A stretch of 64,000 bases of DNA from the human T2T-CHM13v2.0 reference genome, Homo sapiens. The number at the start of each line of letters is the position of its first letter. The first letter of the stretch is position 1. Below the pieces are notes generated by a model. It was not told where the DNA came from, did no database searches, and saw only the letters and a list, made by a program, of their open reading frames with translations. Positions 24,832 to 37,960 of the stretch are shown here, piece after piece. Position numbers and translations under genes: made by a program. The stretch lies in the NCBI RefSeq assembly GCF_009914755.1, contig NC_060928.1, one strand, 5' to 3'.

Positions 24832-25095
24832 GTATCATTCATTAATTCATTCAATGGATACTTACCGGATAACTGCTATAATTGGAAATGGCAATTCATT
24901 TTTATGGTTGAATCTGTACATGGGATCTTGATCTAACCTGGGTTATGAAAGAAGGCTACCTAAGGAAGGGACATGTAAGCTGAGATTTGAAGAATAAGAG
25001 ATAGTGAAATTTGTAATCACAGTAAGGAAGGGTGTGGAGAGGGAAGAGTCTTCAAAGCAAAGTGAACACTCCCTATGGTTGATATGGTTGAGTCT
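24832..25095 (-). mobile_element. L2 fragment
   Basis: ATTCATTAATTCATTCAATGGATACTTA tail and AAGGCTACCTAAGGAAGGGACATGTAAGCTGAGATTTGAAGAAT. Confidence 0.65.
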
Positions 25096-25814
25096 AGACA
25101 GGCTTCTCAACGTGGGGAAGTTCTTGTGCAAGTTCTGAATTTGCAGCTGCCCTGTCCATAGGTCCCCTTACTTACTTGTGATCTAATATTTCACCCCATG
25201 GATGGTAAGTATTTGCTTTTCTGCCCCATTTCCAGGACACAGGATTGATTGTGCTGTATAGGCCCTGTCGAACTGCTTATAGGAACAGAGTGGAACTTTC
25301 AGTGTCTAACCTAGACTAGCCATAAATACCATTCATGGTGGTGAGGCTCAGGATGTTAGGCAAGGGCTCTGTATACAAAGTTCCTTCTATGAGGTCAGGA
25401 ACTAAGCCTGTTAGTAGCAATGTTAAAAAGTATAGCTCACGTGATCCTGGTGGAGAAGGAGGGGCTGGAAAGGCAATCAGGCTGGGCTTGATTTTGAGGC
25501 CTGGAGATATAAATGTAATAGCATCTTTCAATTTACCTCCAACTCCTGGAAACCATGAAAGAAAGGAGTGTAGAGACATAAAAGTAGCCATACTTGAATG
25601 GGCTGTTTAGGGCTCTTGGCAGCTGTTTTTTAAACCGCCATAAAATCATTTTCAGACCTGCTGTTTTGGTCTTAGATGATAAAGGATCCTCAAGATAATG
25701 CTACTTCTTGGCAACAAGTTAAATGCCAAATGAACTTGTAGACTAAGTTTGCCTTCTCCTTTCCATTTTCCACATATTTATCATGTAAAAATACAGTTCA
25801 GAAGTATCATATGT

Positions 25815-26600
25815 TCTCTTTCATACATCGGATATTTATTGAGCACCTACTATGTCCCAAGACTGAGGCACTAGGGATATAACAATAAACAAATTTGTTC
25901 CATGTTCTCATGAAGCTTAATTCCATTTGGGGGAGACAGATTATGAAAAAAAGTATAAATAACTTATTAAGTAAAATAATTCCAGATAGTGTTGAATATA
26001 ATTAAAATAGCACAGAATACAGGTACAGAGAATGATTTGGGAATGAGGCTCAGGTAGGCTCTGTTAAAAAAATTAGATTTGGAATAAGGCCCAAATGATA
26101 TGAAAGAGGAAAGCTCTTGATGATCTGTGAAAATAACATTTGAAAGAGCCCTGAAACAAACAAATTGGGCTTATTTCAGGGGTAGGAAAGACCAGTGTGG
26201 CTGGCATTTAGTATGGTAGGCCAAGTAGGGTAAAAGACAAAAATTAGGAAGACAGGCAGGGTCTAAATTAGGTGGCATCCTAAGACGTCAGAGCAAGAAA
26301 TTTGGATTTTTTAAAATTAGGTTGGTCAAAAGTAGTCATGGTTTTTGCCATTAAAAGTAATTGCAAAAACCGCATTTACTTTGACACCAACCTAATACTT
26401 TCTTGTGAATTCTTCTGGTGAATTGTAAGAAGGAAGAATGACGTATCTTGTTTACACCGTAAAAAGATCATCTGGTTGCTGTATGCATGGGTAATGGACT
26501 GCTGGTGCGGTGGGAGTAAGACTAGAAGGCAGGAGGTCAGTTAGAAGCCTGCTGCAGTTTTCCAGGTGATAGATAATGATAAGTTGCTCAGATTGTAGCT
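25815..26600 (-). mobile_element. L2a 3' region, interrupted by MADE1
   Basis: ATATTTATTGAGCACCTACTATGTCCCAAG...GGCACTAGGGATATAAC...GACCAGTGTGGCTGG...AAAGATCATCTGGTTGCTGT. Confidence 0.85.
26317..26395. mobile_element. MADE1 (Hsmar1 MITE)
   Basis: TTAGGTTGGT-CAAAAGTA...TACTTTGACACCAACCTAA+TA; near-palindrome of about 80 bp. Confidence 0.93.
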
Positions 26601-27761
26601 GTCAACTGTAAAAAGAACTGGCTATTCAGAAAATGATTCTATTAAGTTCTATGCCATTTTCATGTTTGTATGACTGTTTACTTTGAGATCATTTAAAATA
26701 TTTTAGTACATATTTTGCTAACAACATATTAAGTGGCTGATACATAATTACATAAGTGTCTATGCCTTCTCTTTATTATTTTTTTTGTGACATGTCTGGA
26801 AACTATGTAAAAAGGAAATAAGGAATTTTAGGCTACTTTTCTTCCTGATAATACAGAAATTGAACATAGAAATTGATTTCTTTTAAGCCTTTTCCTTAAA
26901 GCTTTGAACCTTTTAAGCTTCCACCAATACTTACCTTTGCAGGTATTTCTTTCATTATCTAGAAAGGTATAAGAGAGGAGTAAACCTTGAAACTTATGGA
27001 AATAAAAGCACTGTTGATTTCTAAGTTCCTTTACATGTCTGGAAACTTTGGTCACTTTTGTGTGATTATTCTTTTAAAAACCTCGAGGCCTGGATTACCT
27101 GTTCTTCAAGTACATTAATACATTTCTTAGAACTAAATCTGGGAGTGTATCTGGCAGACCAATATCTTAGCTATTTGTACTGCTAAAGAAGAAGTAATTA
27201 TTTTAACTTTTTAAAAATCTACAGCAGATTTTTTGTGGAACCATATGAAAGTACCCTAGTAGATTGTAAGGCATGTTTGACCCAAAGATCAATAGGATCT
27301 TTACAAACACTTTTCACATGTATTTCAAAGAGTGGTTAGAGTACATTCATTATGTACTGCCAAGATCCTTAAGGGTTTTACAGGAGAGCTGGAAATGGAA
27401 TTTTCTACATCAAAAGCTGCTAACTCATTTCTTTCTCCTTCTTGTGTAAGGCCTATAATAGTAGGTTTTTCTTTGTGTATTAGGTTTGGTACTTTTTTGA
27501 AGGACAGAGGAGAATGAGTTGTGAAATGTGAATGAAGATTAGTGGACAGCAAGGTAGCTTGTTCCTCGTTACACTTTTTGATTGGGGAAGGAAAGACAGA
27601 GGCTGAAGATTGTAGCTTCTATCCTACGTAGAGTAACCAGAGTCTATATATCATACTTCCAATCTGCCACACCAACAATATTAATAGTAAAATACCTTCT
27701 TAAAATTATTTTACTCTTCTCCAACCCAGTACAAAAACTTACAAGACAACTATTATGTCTA

Positions 27762-28136
<375 letters not shown>

Positions 28137-28217
28137 AAAAGAAAATATATAGGATAATATTATAAATGAATGATTCTGGAAATAGTCTGCTTCAACAACT
28201 TTGGAGGAAGACTCATA

Positions 28218-28415
28218 AACAGCACTGGACAAGAAGACTCAAGATATGAATTTTAGCTCTGGATTTGCTGATGGGCCAACATTTTACCTTCTCAGAGCTT
28301 CAGTACCCTCATCACAAAAGGGCTATAATATCTGCCTTGCCTTTATCTCAAGATTGTTTTAAGGATCAAGTGAGGTAATGCTTAGAAAAGTTTGTGAACC
28401 ATGAAGTAGTGTAAT
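28218..28415 (+). mobile_element. MIRb/c
   Basis: AGCACTGGAC...CTCAGAGCTTCAGTACCCTCATC...GATTGTTTTAAGGATCAAGTGAGGTAATG. Confidence 0.75.
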
Positions 28416-29779
28416 ATCATTATAATTTCCCTGATTTGAGTCATCACCCCTTTTTAGAAGAATTAACTGAACACGCTGTCTGCTGAAGTCTTATCACTCT
28501 GTGCTAGAGCCTTAACCCAGGCTAGGCTACAACATGACAAAAGCATTATGAATTTAATCTTTGGTAAATGCCATTAGAGACCTTCATCAGGGTAATGGCT
28601 CTGCACCACCCTAGTACACTACAACTCTGATTATAGTGCACACCACACTTTTGCCCAGTTATAAACTATATGATTGCAAAAATGAAAACTTCAGTTCAAT
28701 TTTCTATGATTTTTCCTTAGCAAATTTAATATTCCAGAGAATTTAAAATATTTTACATAATGTAATTTTTTATATTGACAGTCAATACTCATTACCTCTC
28801 ACATTTATTTAGCAATTATGAGTTGTCAGATATTTGGCAAGTTCTATAAATTCATTCTCTAGTTACTCCTTGCAGCAGTCCCATATTTTTATGCCCAATT
28901 TAGTGAAAAGAAAATGGAAACTTAAAGATACTAATTGGCTTGTTCAAGATGACAACTGGTGAATGGTGTCATTAAGGAATAGGCTGCCTGTATGTTGTTA
29001 CTGGAAGTCCAATGTGTACACTGAAATAGTGCCTTATAACATCTCCCTGGGGTCATTTTTTGGTGAAAAGTGTAAAAATTTGTTAGAGATGTAGCATTTC
29101 CAGAAACCAGAAAAACACCACTCAATGAAAATACATGACAACTTTTAGTCTCATTCTGGAGAAAGAAAATTTCAGTCCTCCCTACAACCACTTCAAATAA
29201 ATCACTAAGTAATTTGAAAAATATCTTCACATCAGCATTACTTTCTGCCCCATATGCCCAAGATACTGAAAGCTTTGGTTATCTTTTATTATATTAAGAT
29301 CCTGAGAACATTTGTATGTTTATAGTTAGATCTAAGATAAGGATAGAAATGTCTGGTTAATTCCTGAAAATTGACTTCACCATGTTGTGTTAGTCTAGAA
29401 TTCCCTCCCCTTTCCCTCATGTGTTGCAGTTGATGAGCAGATCTGAATATGCAAAGCCTATTTAAAATCAATGGCCTTAGATCGAAGGCCCAACTTACTG
29501 TTTGCCAGACTAATAAACTGAGAATTAATGTATCTCATTGAGCTCAAATTTGATTGTACGTCAAATGAGAATAATTATTAATGATGTTGTTTGTAATCTG
29601 TTTGAGAGTACTTTGTAAACTCCAAAGTGCTATATAAATTAATTAATTCTATTTTAATGTAGTAAACTAGAGATCTCTGGCAACTGAGTAAGGTAAGGTG
29701 CTTCTGTCTAATTCTCTTACATTTTACATATAAAATCTATTAAAATATGTGCATGAGCTTTGAAAAATTGTTTCTCCTC

Positions 29780-30154
29780 TGGTATGTACTGAATTGTGCT
29801 CCCTGCAGCCCAGTTCATATATTGAAGTCCTAACTCCTAATATGATTGTATTTGGAAATACAGCTGAGAAGGTGATCATGGTTAAATGAAGTCCTAAGGA
29901 TGAAGCCCTAATCAATAGAATTAATGCTCTTATAAGAAGAGGAGGAGACACCAGAGCTCTCTTTCTCCTCCATATGAGGGCACAGTGAAAAGGTGGTCAT
30001 CTGCAAGCTGGAAAGATACCCCTCTTCTGGAAATGAATTGGCTGGCACCTTGATCTTGGACTTCCTAGCCTCTAGAACTGTGAGAAATAAATTTCTGTTG
30101 TTTAAGCTACCTAATCTGTGTATGTTGTTACTGGAAGTCCAGGCCGACTAATGT
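29780..30154 (+). mobile_element. MLT1A-type MaLR solo LTR
   Basis: TTCATATATTGAAGTCCTAACTCCTAAT...GGCACCTTGATCTTGGACTTCCTAGCCTCTAGAACTGTGAGAAATAAATTTCTGTTGTTTAAGC. Confidence 0.9.
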
Positions 30155-30221
30155 ACCTTCTTATATGCAAATATACCTAAGGATCCTTGTTAACAACTCA
30201 AACCAGTATTAAATTACTAAT

Positions 30222-31127
30222 TGTATCAGTGTGTCATTCCTACTTGTGTTAGTCAGAGTTCTTTAGATAAACAGAACTAACAGGAGAGAAAGAAAGACAG
30301 AGATTTATTTTAAGGAACTGGCTCACATAATTGTGGAGCTCCCAAGTGCAAAATCTGTAGGGCAAGCCTATAGGCTGGAGATTCAGGTAAGAGTTGTTGT
30401 TTGCAGTCTTGAATTTGAAGGCTGGTAAACTCAAGCCTTTCCATGTTGCAGCTTGGAGGCAGAATTTCTTCTCCCTTAGGAAACCTCCATCTCTGCTCTT
30501 AAGGCCTGCCCATATTATGAAGTCTAATCCCCTTTACTTAAGGTCAACTGACTGTAAATGTTATAACATCTAAAAAATACCTTTACAGCAACATCTACAG
30601 TAGTGATTTGCCAAATGCAAGTCTAGCCAAGTTGACTCTTAAAATTAACTATCACACTGCTGTAACAAATTACTACAAACATAGTGGCCTAAAACAACAC
30701 AAATTTATTGTTTTGCTCTTCTGGTGGTCAGATGCCTGAAATAGTTCTCACTGGCTTAAAACCAAGATGTTTTCAGGGCAGAGTTTTTTTCTGGAGATCC
30801 TAGGAGAAATATCCCATTTCCTTGCTTTTTCAGCTGCTAGAGTCTGCCTTTATTCTTTGGCTCATGGCTTCCTTCCTTTATTTTCAAAGCCAGGTCTGTC
30901 TCATACTGCCTTCTCTCGAGCTCTCTGTTCTATCACCTTCTTTCATTTATAAGGGTGATTACATTGAACCCATGTAGATAATCCTAGATAATCTTTCCAT
31001 CCAAAGGTTAGCAAATTAGCAATCTTCATTTCATTTGCAACTTTAATTCCTTTTTGCCATGTAACATAATAAGCTCTGAGCTTTAGGGCATGGGCATCTT
31101 TGGTGGGCCATTCTACTGCCTACCACA
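30222..31127 (-). mobile_element. MLT1C/D MaLR solo LTR, interrupted near its end by MLT2
   Basis: TGTATCAGT...CTACT, then CTGCTGTAACAAATTACTACAAACATAGTGGCCTAAAACAACACAAATTTATT...CTGCCTACCACA. Confidence 0.85.
30245..30656 (-). mobile_element. MLT2 (ERVL, MLT2C-like) solo LTR
   Basis: TGTGTTAGTCAGAGTTCT...AAGGAACTGGCTCAC...CTAGCCAAGTTGACTCTTAAAATTAACTATCACA; 5-bp TSD CTACT/CTGCT. Confidence 0.88.
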
Positions 31128-31159
31128 CTGGCTGATCTTCATGGACAAAGAAATGTATG

Positions 31160-31365
31160 TTCATTGTTGAGGTGAGATCTTGGAGTCAGATCACCTAAGT
31201 TGGTAGTCCCAGCGTTTCCTCTTACTATGTCTGCACATCTGGCAAGGACTTTGAATTGTTTTGCCCCATTTTTCTCATCTGTAAGTTGAACTAACTATTC
31301 TTAAGAGGATTCAATAAGTTGAATTACCTAGAAAAGCATGTATCAGGAAATCATTAACTTATTTT
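31160..31365 (+). mobile_element. MIR
   Basis: TTGGAGTCAGATCACCTAAGTT...GTCCCAGC...TTTCTCATCTGTAAG. Confidence 0.7.
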
Positions 31366-31371
31366 TTATAA

Positions 31372-31718
31372 CAGTCATATGTTGCTTAATTATAGGGTTG
31401 GGGATATATTCTGAGGCACGGGTCCTGAAGCGATTTCATCATTGTGGAAACATGGAGTGTACATACACAAAGATAGATGGTGTAGCCTACTAGATAGACA
31501 CTGAGGCTATATGGTGTAGCCTGTTGCTCCTAGACTACAAATCTGTACACTACTGAATACTGAAGATAATTGTAACACAATGTTAAGTATTTGTGTATCT
31601 AAACATGTCTAAACGTAGAAAAGGTACAGTAAAAATATGATATTATAATCTTATGGGACCCAATGTCATGCATGTGGTCTGTTGTTGAGTGAAATGTTGT
31701 TATATGGTGCATTGACTG
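31372..31718 (+). mobile_element. Tigger3a (Golem MITE)
   Basis: TIRs CAGTCATATGTTGCTTAA and TTATATGGTGCATTGACTG+TA; internal GATGGTGTAGCCTACTA and AGAAAAGGTACAGTAAAAATATGATATTATAATCTTATGGGACC. Confidence 0.88.
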
Positions 31719-31862
31719 TATTTTAATCACAGATTTCAATTGTGGTTGTTTCAGAGAAATAAAAATAATATAAATTGGTTAGGAGGAAGGAGGTAGATTA
31801 AATAGTCATCAGGTTGTTACATAGTTTTTTAAAAAAATTTTCTGCAACCCAGGAAAACCCAC

Positions 31863-34129
31863 TGTATTAGTCCATTTTCACACTGCTGATAAAGACATAC
31901 CTGAGACTGGGCAATTTACAAAAGAAAAAGGTTTATTGGACTTACAGTTCCACATGGCTGGGGAGGCCTCACAATTGTGGCAGAAGGCAAGGAGGAGTAG
32001 GTCACATCTTACATGGATAACAGCAGACAAAGAGAGAGCTTGTGCAGAGAAACTCCATTTTTAAAACCATCAGATCTTGTGAGACCCGTTCACTATTGTG
32101 AGAAAAGCACAGGAAAGACCCACCTCCATGATTCAGTCATCTCCCAACGGGTCCCTGCCACAATATGTGGGAATCATGGGAGATACAAGATGAGATTTGT
32201 GTGGGGACACAGAGCCAAACCATATCGTTCCACCCCAGTCCCTCCAAAATCTTACATCTTCACATTTCAAAACCAATCATGCCTTTCCAAGAGTCCCCTA
32301 AAGTCTCAACTAATTTTAGCAGTGACTCAAAAGTCCACAGTCCAAAGTCTCATCTGAGACAAGGCAAAACCCTTCTGCATATGAGCCTGTAAAATCAAAA
32401 GCAAGCTAGTTACTTCCTAGATGCAATGGGAATACAGGCATTGGATAAATACACCCATTCCAAATGGAGAAATTCACCAAAACAAAGGGGCTACAGGCCC
32501 CATGTGAAAATCCGGCAGGACAGTCAAATGTTAGAGCTACAAAATGATCTCCTTTGACTCCATGTCTTACATTCAGGTCACGCTGATGGAAGAGATGTGT
32601 TCTCATGGTCTGGGGCAGCTCCACCCCTGTGGCTTTTCAGGGTACAGCCTCCCTCCCAGCTGCCTTCACAAGCTGGCATTGAGTGCAGCTTTTCCAGGCA
32701 CACGGTGCAAGCTGTCAGTGTATCTACCATTCTGGAGTCTGGAGGATGGTGGTCCTCTTCTCACAGCTCCACTAGGTGGTGCCCCAGTAGGGACTCTGTG
32801 TGGGGCCTCCCACCCAACACTTCCCTTCTGCAATGCCCTAGCAGAGGTTCTACATGAGGACCCTGCCCCTACAGCAAACTTCTGCCTGGGCATCCAGGTG
32901 TTTCCATAAATCCTCTGAAATCTACGTAGAGCTTCCCAAACCTTAATTCTTGATTGCTGTACAGTCATAGGCTTAACACCACATGGAAGCTGCCAAGGCT
33001 TGAGTCTTGCACCCTCTGCAGCCACAGCCTAAGCTCTACATTGGACCCTTTTAGTCAGTGTCTGGGAAGCAGGGCATCAAGTCCCTAGGCTGCACACAGC
33101 ACCAGGAACCTGGGCCTGGCCCAGGAAACCACTTTTTCTACCTATGCCTTCAGGCCTGTGATGGGAGGGGCTGCTGCAAAGGTCTCTGGTGTGCCCTGCA
33201 GACATTTTCCTCATTGTCTTGGTGATTAACATTCGGCTCCTCGTTAACTTATGCAAATTTCTGCAGCTGGTTTGAATTTCTCCTCAAAATATGGATTTTT
33301 TTTTCTATTGCATTGTCAGGCTGCAAATTTTCCAAACTTTTATGCTCTCTTTCCCCTTTGAAACTGAATGCCTTCAACAGCACCCAAGTCACCTCTTGAA
33401 TGCTTTGCTGCTTAGAAATTTCCTCCACCAGACACCCTAAATCATCTAAGTTCAAAGTTCCACAAATCTCTAGGGCAGGGGCAAAATGCTGCCAGTTTCT
33501 TTGCTAAAACATAACAAGAGTCACTTTTGCTCCAGTTCCCAAGTTCCTCATCTCCATCTGAGACCACCTCAGCCTGGACCTTATTGCTTATATCACTATC
33601 AGCATTTTTGTCAAAGCCATTCAACAAGTCACTAGGTGGTTCCAAACTTTCCTACATTTTCCTGCTTTCTTCTGAGCCTTCCAAACTGTTCCAGTCTCTG
33701 CCTGTTACCTAGTTCCAAAGTTGCTTCCATATTTTCAGGTGTCTTTTCAGCAATGCCCCACTCCTGATACCAATTTACTGTATAGTCTGTTTTCACACTG
33801 CTGATAAGACATACTCAAGACTGGGCAATTTACAAAAGGAAGAGGTTTATTGGACTTACAGTTTCATGTGGCTGAGGAGGCCTCATAATCATGGTGGAAG
33901 GTAAGGAGGAGGAGGTCACATCTTACATGGATGGCAGCAGGCAAAGAGAGAGATTGTGCAGAGAAACTCCAGTTTTTAAAACCATCAGATCTCGTGAGAC
34001 CCATTTACTATAACAAGAACACTGCCCCCATGATTCGGTCATCTCCCACTGGGTTCCTCTCACAACACTTGGGAATAATGGGAGCTACAAGATGAAATTT
34101 GGGTGGGGACACAGAGCCAAACCGTATCA
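31863..34129 (-). mobile_element. THE1 (THE1A/B) MaLR provirus: LTR 31863-32227, internal 32228-33778, LTR 33779-34129
   Basis: Two homologous LTRs of about 360 bp flank a THE1-int sequence; perfect 5-bp TSD CCCAC at 31858 and 34130. Confidence 0.96.
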
Positions 34130-34927
34130 CCCACTTTTTCTGTTTTATCTTGCAGTCTACAGACACAGTGACATTTTCTGTATACACATATGTACCTACT
34201 AAATCAAATACATTTTATATTTGAGAAACGTATACCTGGAAGTGGAAATAAATAATGCATTACCAAAAAGATTAATAAGCATGTTAAAAAAAAAGAATGT
34301 TTGAATGAGAGCCTGATTTTTCCTGCTTTTCTCCTGATTTTAAGGAAGAGACACAAGTTTGAGAAGATGTAGTAAGGTAGATTTGATTATTTCTAAGAAT
34401 AAATAGCCCTATGATTAAATGTAATATTTTCAGATTAGAAAATCAAAAGCAAAATCTTTAGATTATAAAATTGACTTCATACATAGACTTGTTTTTATAA
34501 TTTTTATTGTTGAAAATGAAGAGTAATCTGCCCAATATTGCACTTATTAGGACCCTTCTGCTCAACAAGCAAATAGGAAGCAACAAAATGTTATATCTTA
34601 CATTGATTTTGAAAATTTTTACTGAACACTTTTTATGCAATTTTTAGATTTAAGATTTTTAACACCAATAACCATATACTAAACTTTTTGGCATTTTTGT
34701 CTTGGCTCTTACTATTCCTGTTTGTGACAAATATTGTGAATATAGTACTTACATTGGCATGGAAAGAAACTAAATTTTCACTAATCATTTGCATAGTGTA
34801 ATTCATTAACTTATTATATTAAATAGAATTTTAAATTATTAAAGCACCAAATACTATTCTTATTACCATTTGGAATTCTGACTTTACAGATTACTTTACT
34901 AAGTGCATTGCTTAAAAATAGCATGTA

Positions 34928-35284
<357 letters not shown>

Positions 35285-35444
35285 TTATGTTGTAGAGCAG
35301 TATTTGACACTAACAAATGCTCATATATTAATGCAGTAGTACTTTCAAAATATCAGCAAGTGGAAAGAACTTTCTCAGTAGCTCAGTAGAAAACTTTGAA
35401 GGTTGAGTGTGAATTCTCATTTGTTTAACAGGCTTATTTTCTCT

Positions 35445-35550
35445 TTTTCATTTAGCAAATACTTACTGAGCATGTCCTATAATTCTAGGTGTTGAGGGAC
35501 AGGGTAACAGAAGAGAAAAAGTTCTGCCCCTGTGCATCCTATAGTCTAGC
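35445..35550 (-). mobile_element. L2 3' fragment
   Basis: TCATTTAGCAAATACTTACTGAGC...TTCTAGGTGTTGAGGGAC...CTGCCCCTGTGCATCCTATAGTCTAG. Confidence 0.7.
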
Positions 35551-35854
35551 TTTATTTTATTTTTTTCTAACATGATAAGTCTTTGTTATCTTTCCTGCTA
35601 ATTTTATGATACTATTCTTTTGTTACAGAAGATATAAAATAAATTAGTAGAGTAAAAATATGTTTAATAAAGTAATCAAATTATTGTCATTTGAACTAAA
35701 GGTATTAAGTAACTTACTGTGGAAATAGAGAAGAGAGTCATTAAGTGAATAAAAGTCATGATTACTAACATATTGAAGAGAATTGTGTCCCTCTGAGAAT
35801 ATTAGAACTCATTACATTCAAAAGTCTAACTTCCAGATAGCGTATTAAGAAATA

Positions 35855-35975
35855 TGGCAACAGAGAAACTGGAACCTAGAGAGTTATTTGCCCATGATTG
35901 CACAGGTGAGGAATAAGGGTCCTCAGCTAAGATGAGAACCCAGGTGTGTTTGATTCCAACACCTATGATTTTAAC
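35855..35975 (-). mobile_element. MIR fragment
   Basis: AGAGAAACTGGAACCTAGAGAG...TTTGCCCATGATTGCACAG...GAACCCAGGTGTGTTTGATTCCAA. Confidence 0.7.
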
Positions 35976-36494
35976 TCAAATAAAATCTGACCTCTTGGAT
36001 TTTATGTTACTCATTCCCTTGAGTGAGATGTTCAGTGCATATATGTATGCTGTTAATGCATACATGCTTAAATGTATACATGCTTTCAATAAGCATTTCT
36101 TGAGTAGTTACTATTTACTAGGTGCTGGGTATAAGAAGATGAATTAGCCGGTTTTTTTCCTCTAGGACCTAAATATCTAGACATATATTCACATCCTTTC
36201 AAATTTTCAGGAGACACAGAAGGAGATTCCTGACCATTTTCTACGTTTTATTAGATATTTCAATATAAAAAAGTTTATAATCGTAACTGTTCTTAAGTTT
36301 TTCTTTTAACCATTATAACTTATGTAAATCAAATTTGAGGTAACAAACTAGTATTACCCCTAATAGTAGCTACAATTTGTCGTTTAGTGTGAAAAAATCC
36401 ATGAATTTTTATTATATTTTATTTAGGAGAATTTAATATTGTGATTTTTTTTTTGCAGTATTATTGGTCTCCAGCTAGCCAGTTATGCCAGATA

Positions 36495-36496
<2 letters not shown>

Positions 36497-36528
<32 letters not shown>
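36497..36528. repeat. (TG)n microsatellite
   Basis: Direct reading. Confidence 0.97.
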
Positions 36529-36531
<3 letters not shown>

Positions 36532-37339
36532 TAGAAAAACACAAAAATTTAAGAATGGTGAATGGGTAATTATCCTGAAAAACCTAAATTTTTGTTGGAA
36601 AATTTAAAATTTCCCTTCTTTTGGGGAGCTATTGCTCAAAAGCTTTGGGGTAAATTTTCAACACAGTATGTGTTAAAATTGAACTATGCATCTCTTATTG
36701 ACATTAATGGGAATCTCTCAGCTAAATCTGCTCATGCTGTGCTAAAAATGTACCCCCTAATGCTTGAGTAGTTTCTTGGCTATCATTGATGCTAAGAGTT
36801 ATTATGGTCCACAATATAAATATATATTTAGACAGTTTAAAAAATATTTATTTGATATAGGGTTATGTGAATTGTTATACAAGCACCAAACCTAGGTGCT
36901 TGTATAGTGTTATACAAACACTCCACCTTTTAATATTGGAAATAGTGGTGTTCAGTCAACCAAACTATATATTTCACTTCACACAAGGCAGAGATACTTT
37001 GCTTCACTTTGAGTTCGTTTTACTCCTTGCTATGATTCTTAAAAGAAGCCACTAAGGTGCAAAGTGAGAGCACCCGACGGGCTTGCTAATATAATGCTGT
37101 ATGTTAAATGTATTCTTAGAGCTTCCCTCTTTTTCCCTATTGTCCTTATTTTTAATTTATGTACATCCAGAGCTTCAAAAGTATTCTATCTAGTATAAGC
37201 TACACATTGAGTTTTACTCAGTTTTTTTTTTTTTAATTTTGCTGGCTAGGGTACATAGAGATTTCCTGTAAAGTATGCTCCTACCTGTTTTCTTTTTCCA
37301 TTTTAGAACTGTCTAAAATGGAAAAATGAAGTGCTAGGA

Positions 37340-37960
37340 ATTGGAGAGAGATTACACATTTAAGAATGATGAAAACTAGTTTAGACTTGTTGAGTTCAAA
37401 GTTCTTCTAGATGCCATAAAGTATCGTCTAATCAGATTAAAATTTAAAGTTTGTGATGGGGAAACAGTCAATTCAAAGGACTGATTTTGGAGTCATGAGC
37501 ATACAGGTGGCAGTTGAAATTCTAGGATTGGAGTAGATCACTAAGGAAAAGCAGGTAGAATAAGAGGTGAAATGAATGGAGAAATAATACAAATAAAGAG
37601 ATTGACAAAGAGAATTTGAAGAGTTGGGAAGAGATTGTAGAAATGATAGACAAGGAAGAAACAATTTTAAGATGAGGTGATCAAATATTTAATGTTCCAT
37701 AGTATTATAGACATATAAATGGAGAAATGGCCATTTAATTATTAATCCATGATGATGTTCAGTAGTTTTAAAGAAATAGGACTTGGATTATGAAATATTG
37801 AGGCATGAATGGAAAATGAAGAAATGGAAATTGCTATTAAGACTGTCAAAAATTATTTCAAGGAATTGGCAGTGAGAAGGCATTCAGTAAAATGGTAGTG
37901 TGCAATGGAGCATGAGTTAGAGGAGGATTTTTTTTTCTGACTTGATTGTTTTGGATTGGC
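37340..37960 (-). mobile_element. Old L2 internal fragment
   Basis: TTTAGACTTGTTGAGTTCAAAG...GATTTTGGAGTCATGAGCATACAGGTGGCAGTTGAA...GTAGATCACTAAGGAA. Confidence 0.65.

Noticed and set aside
26927-26943. ATACTTACCT matching the U1 snRNA 5' end
   Set aside because: Similarity stops after about 10-16 nt, so it is not a U1 pseudogene; it is kept only as a minus-strand donor motif.
32013-33712. Multiple 60-121 aa ORFs
   Set aside because: They are fragments of the THE1 LTR/internal sequence, with no intact MaLR ORF.
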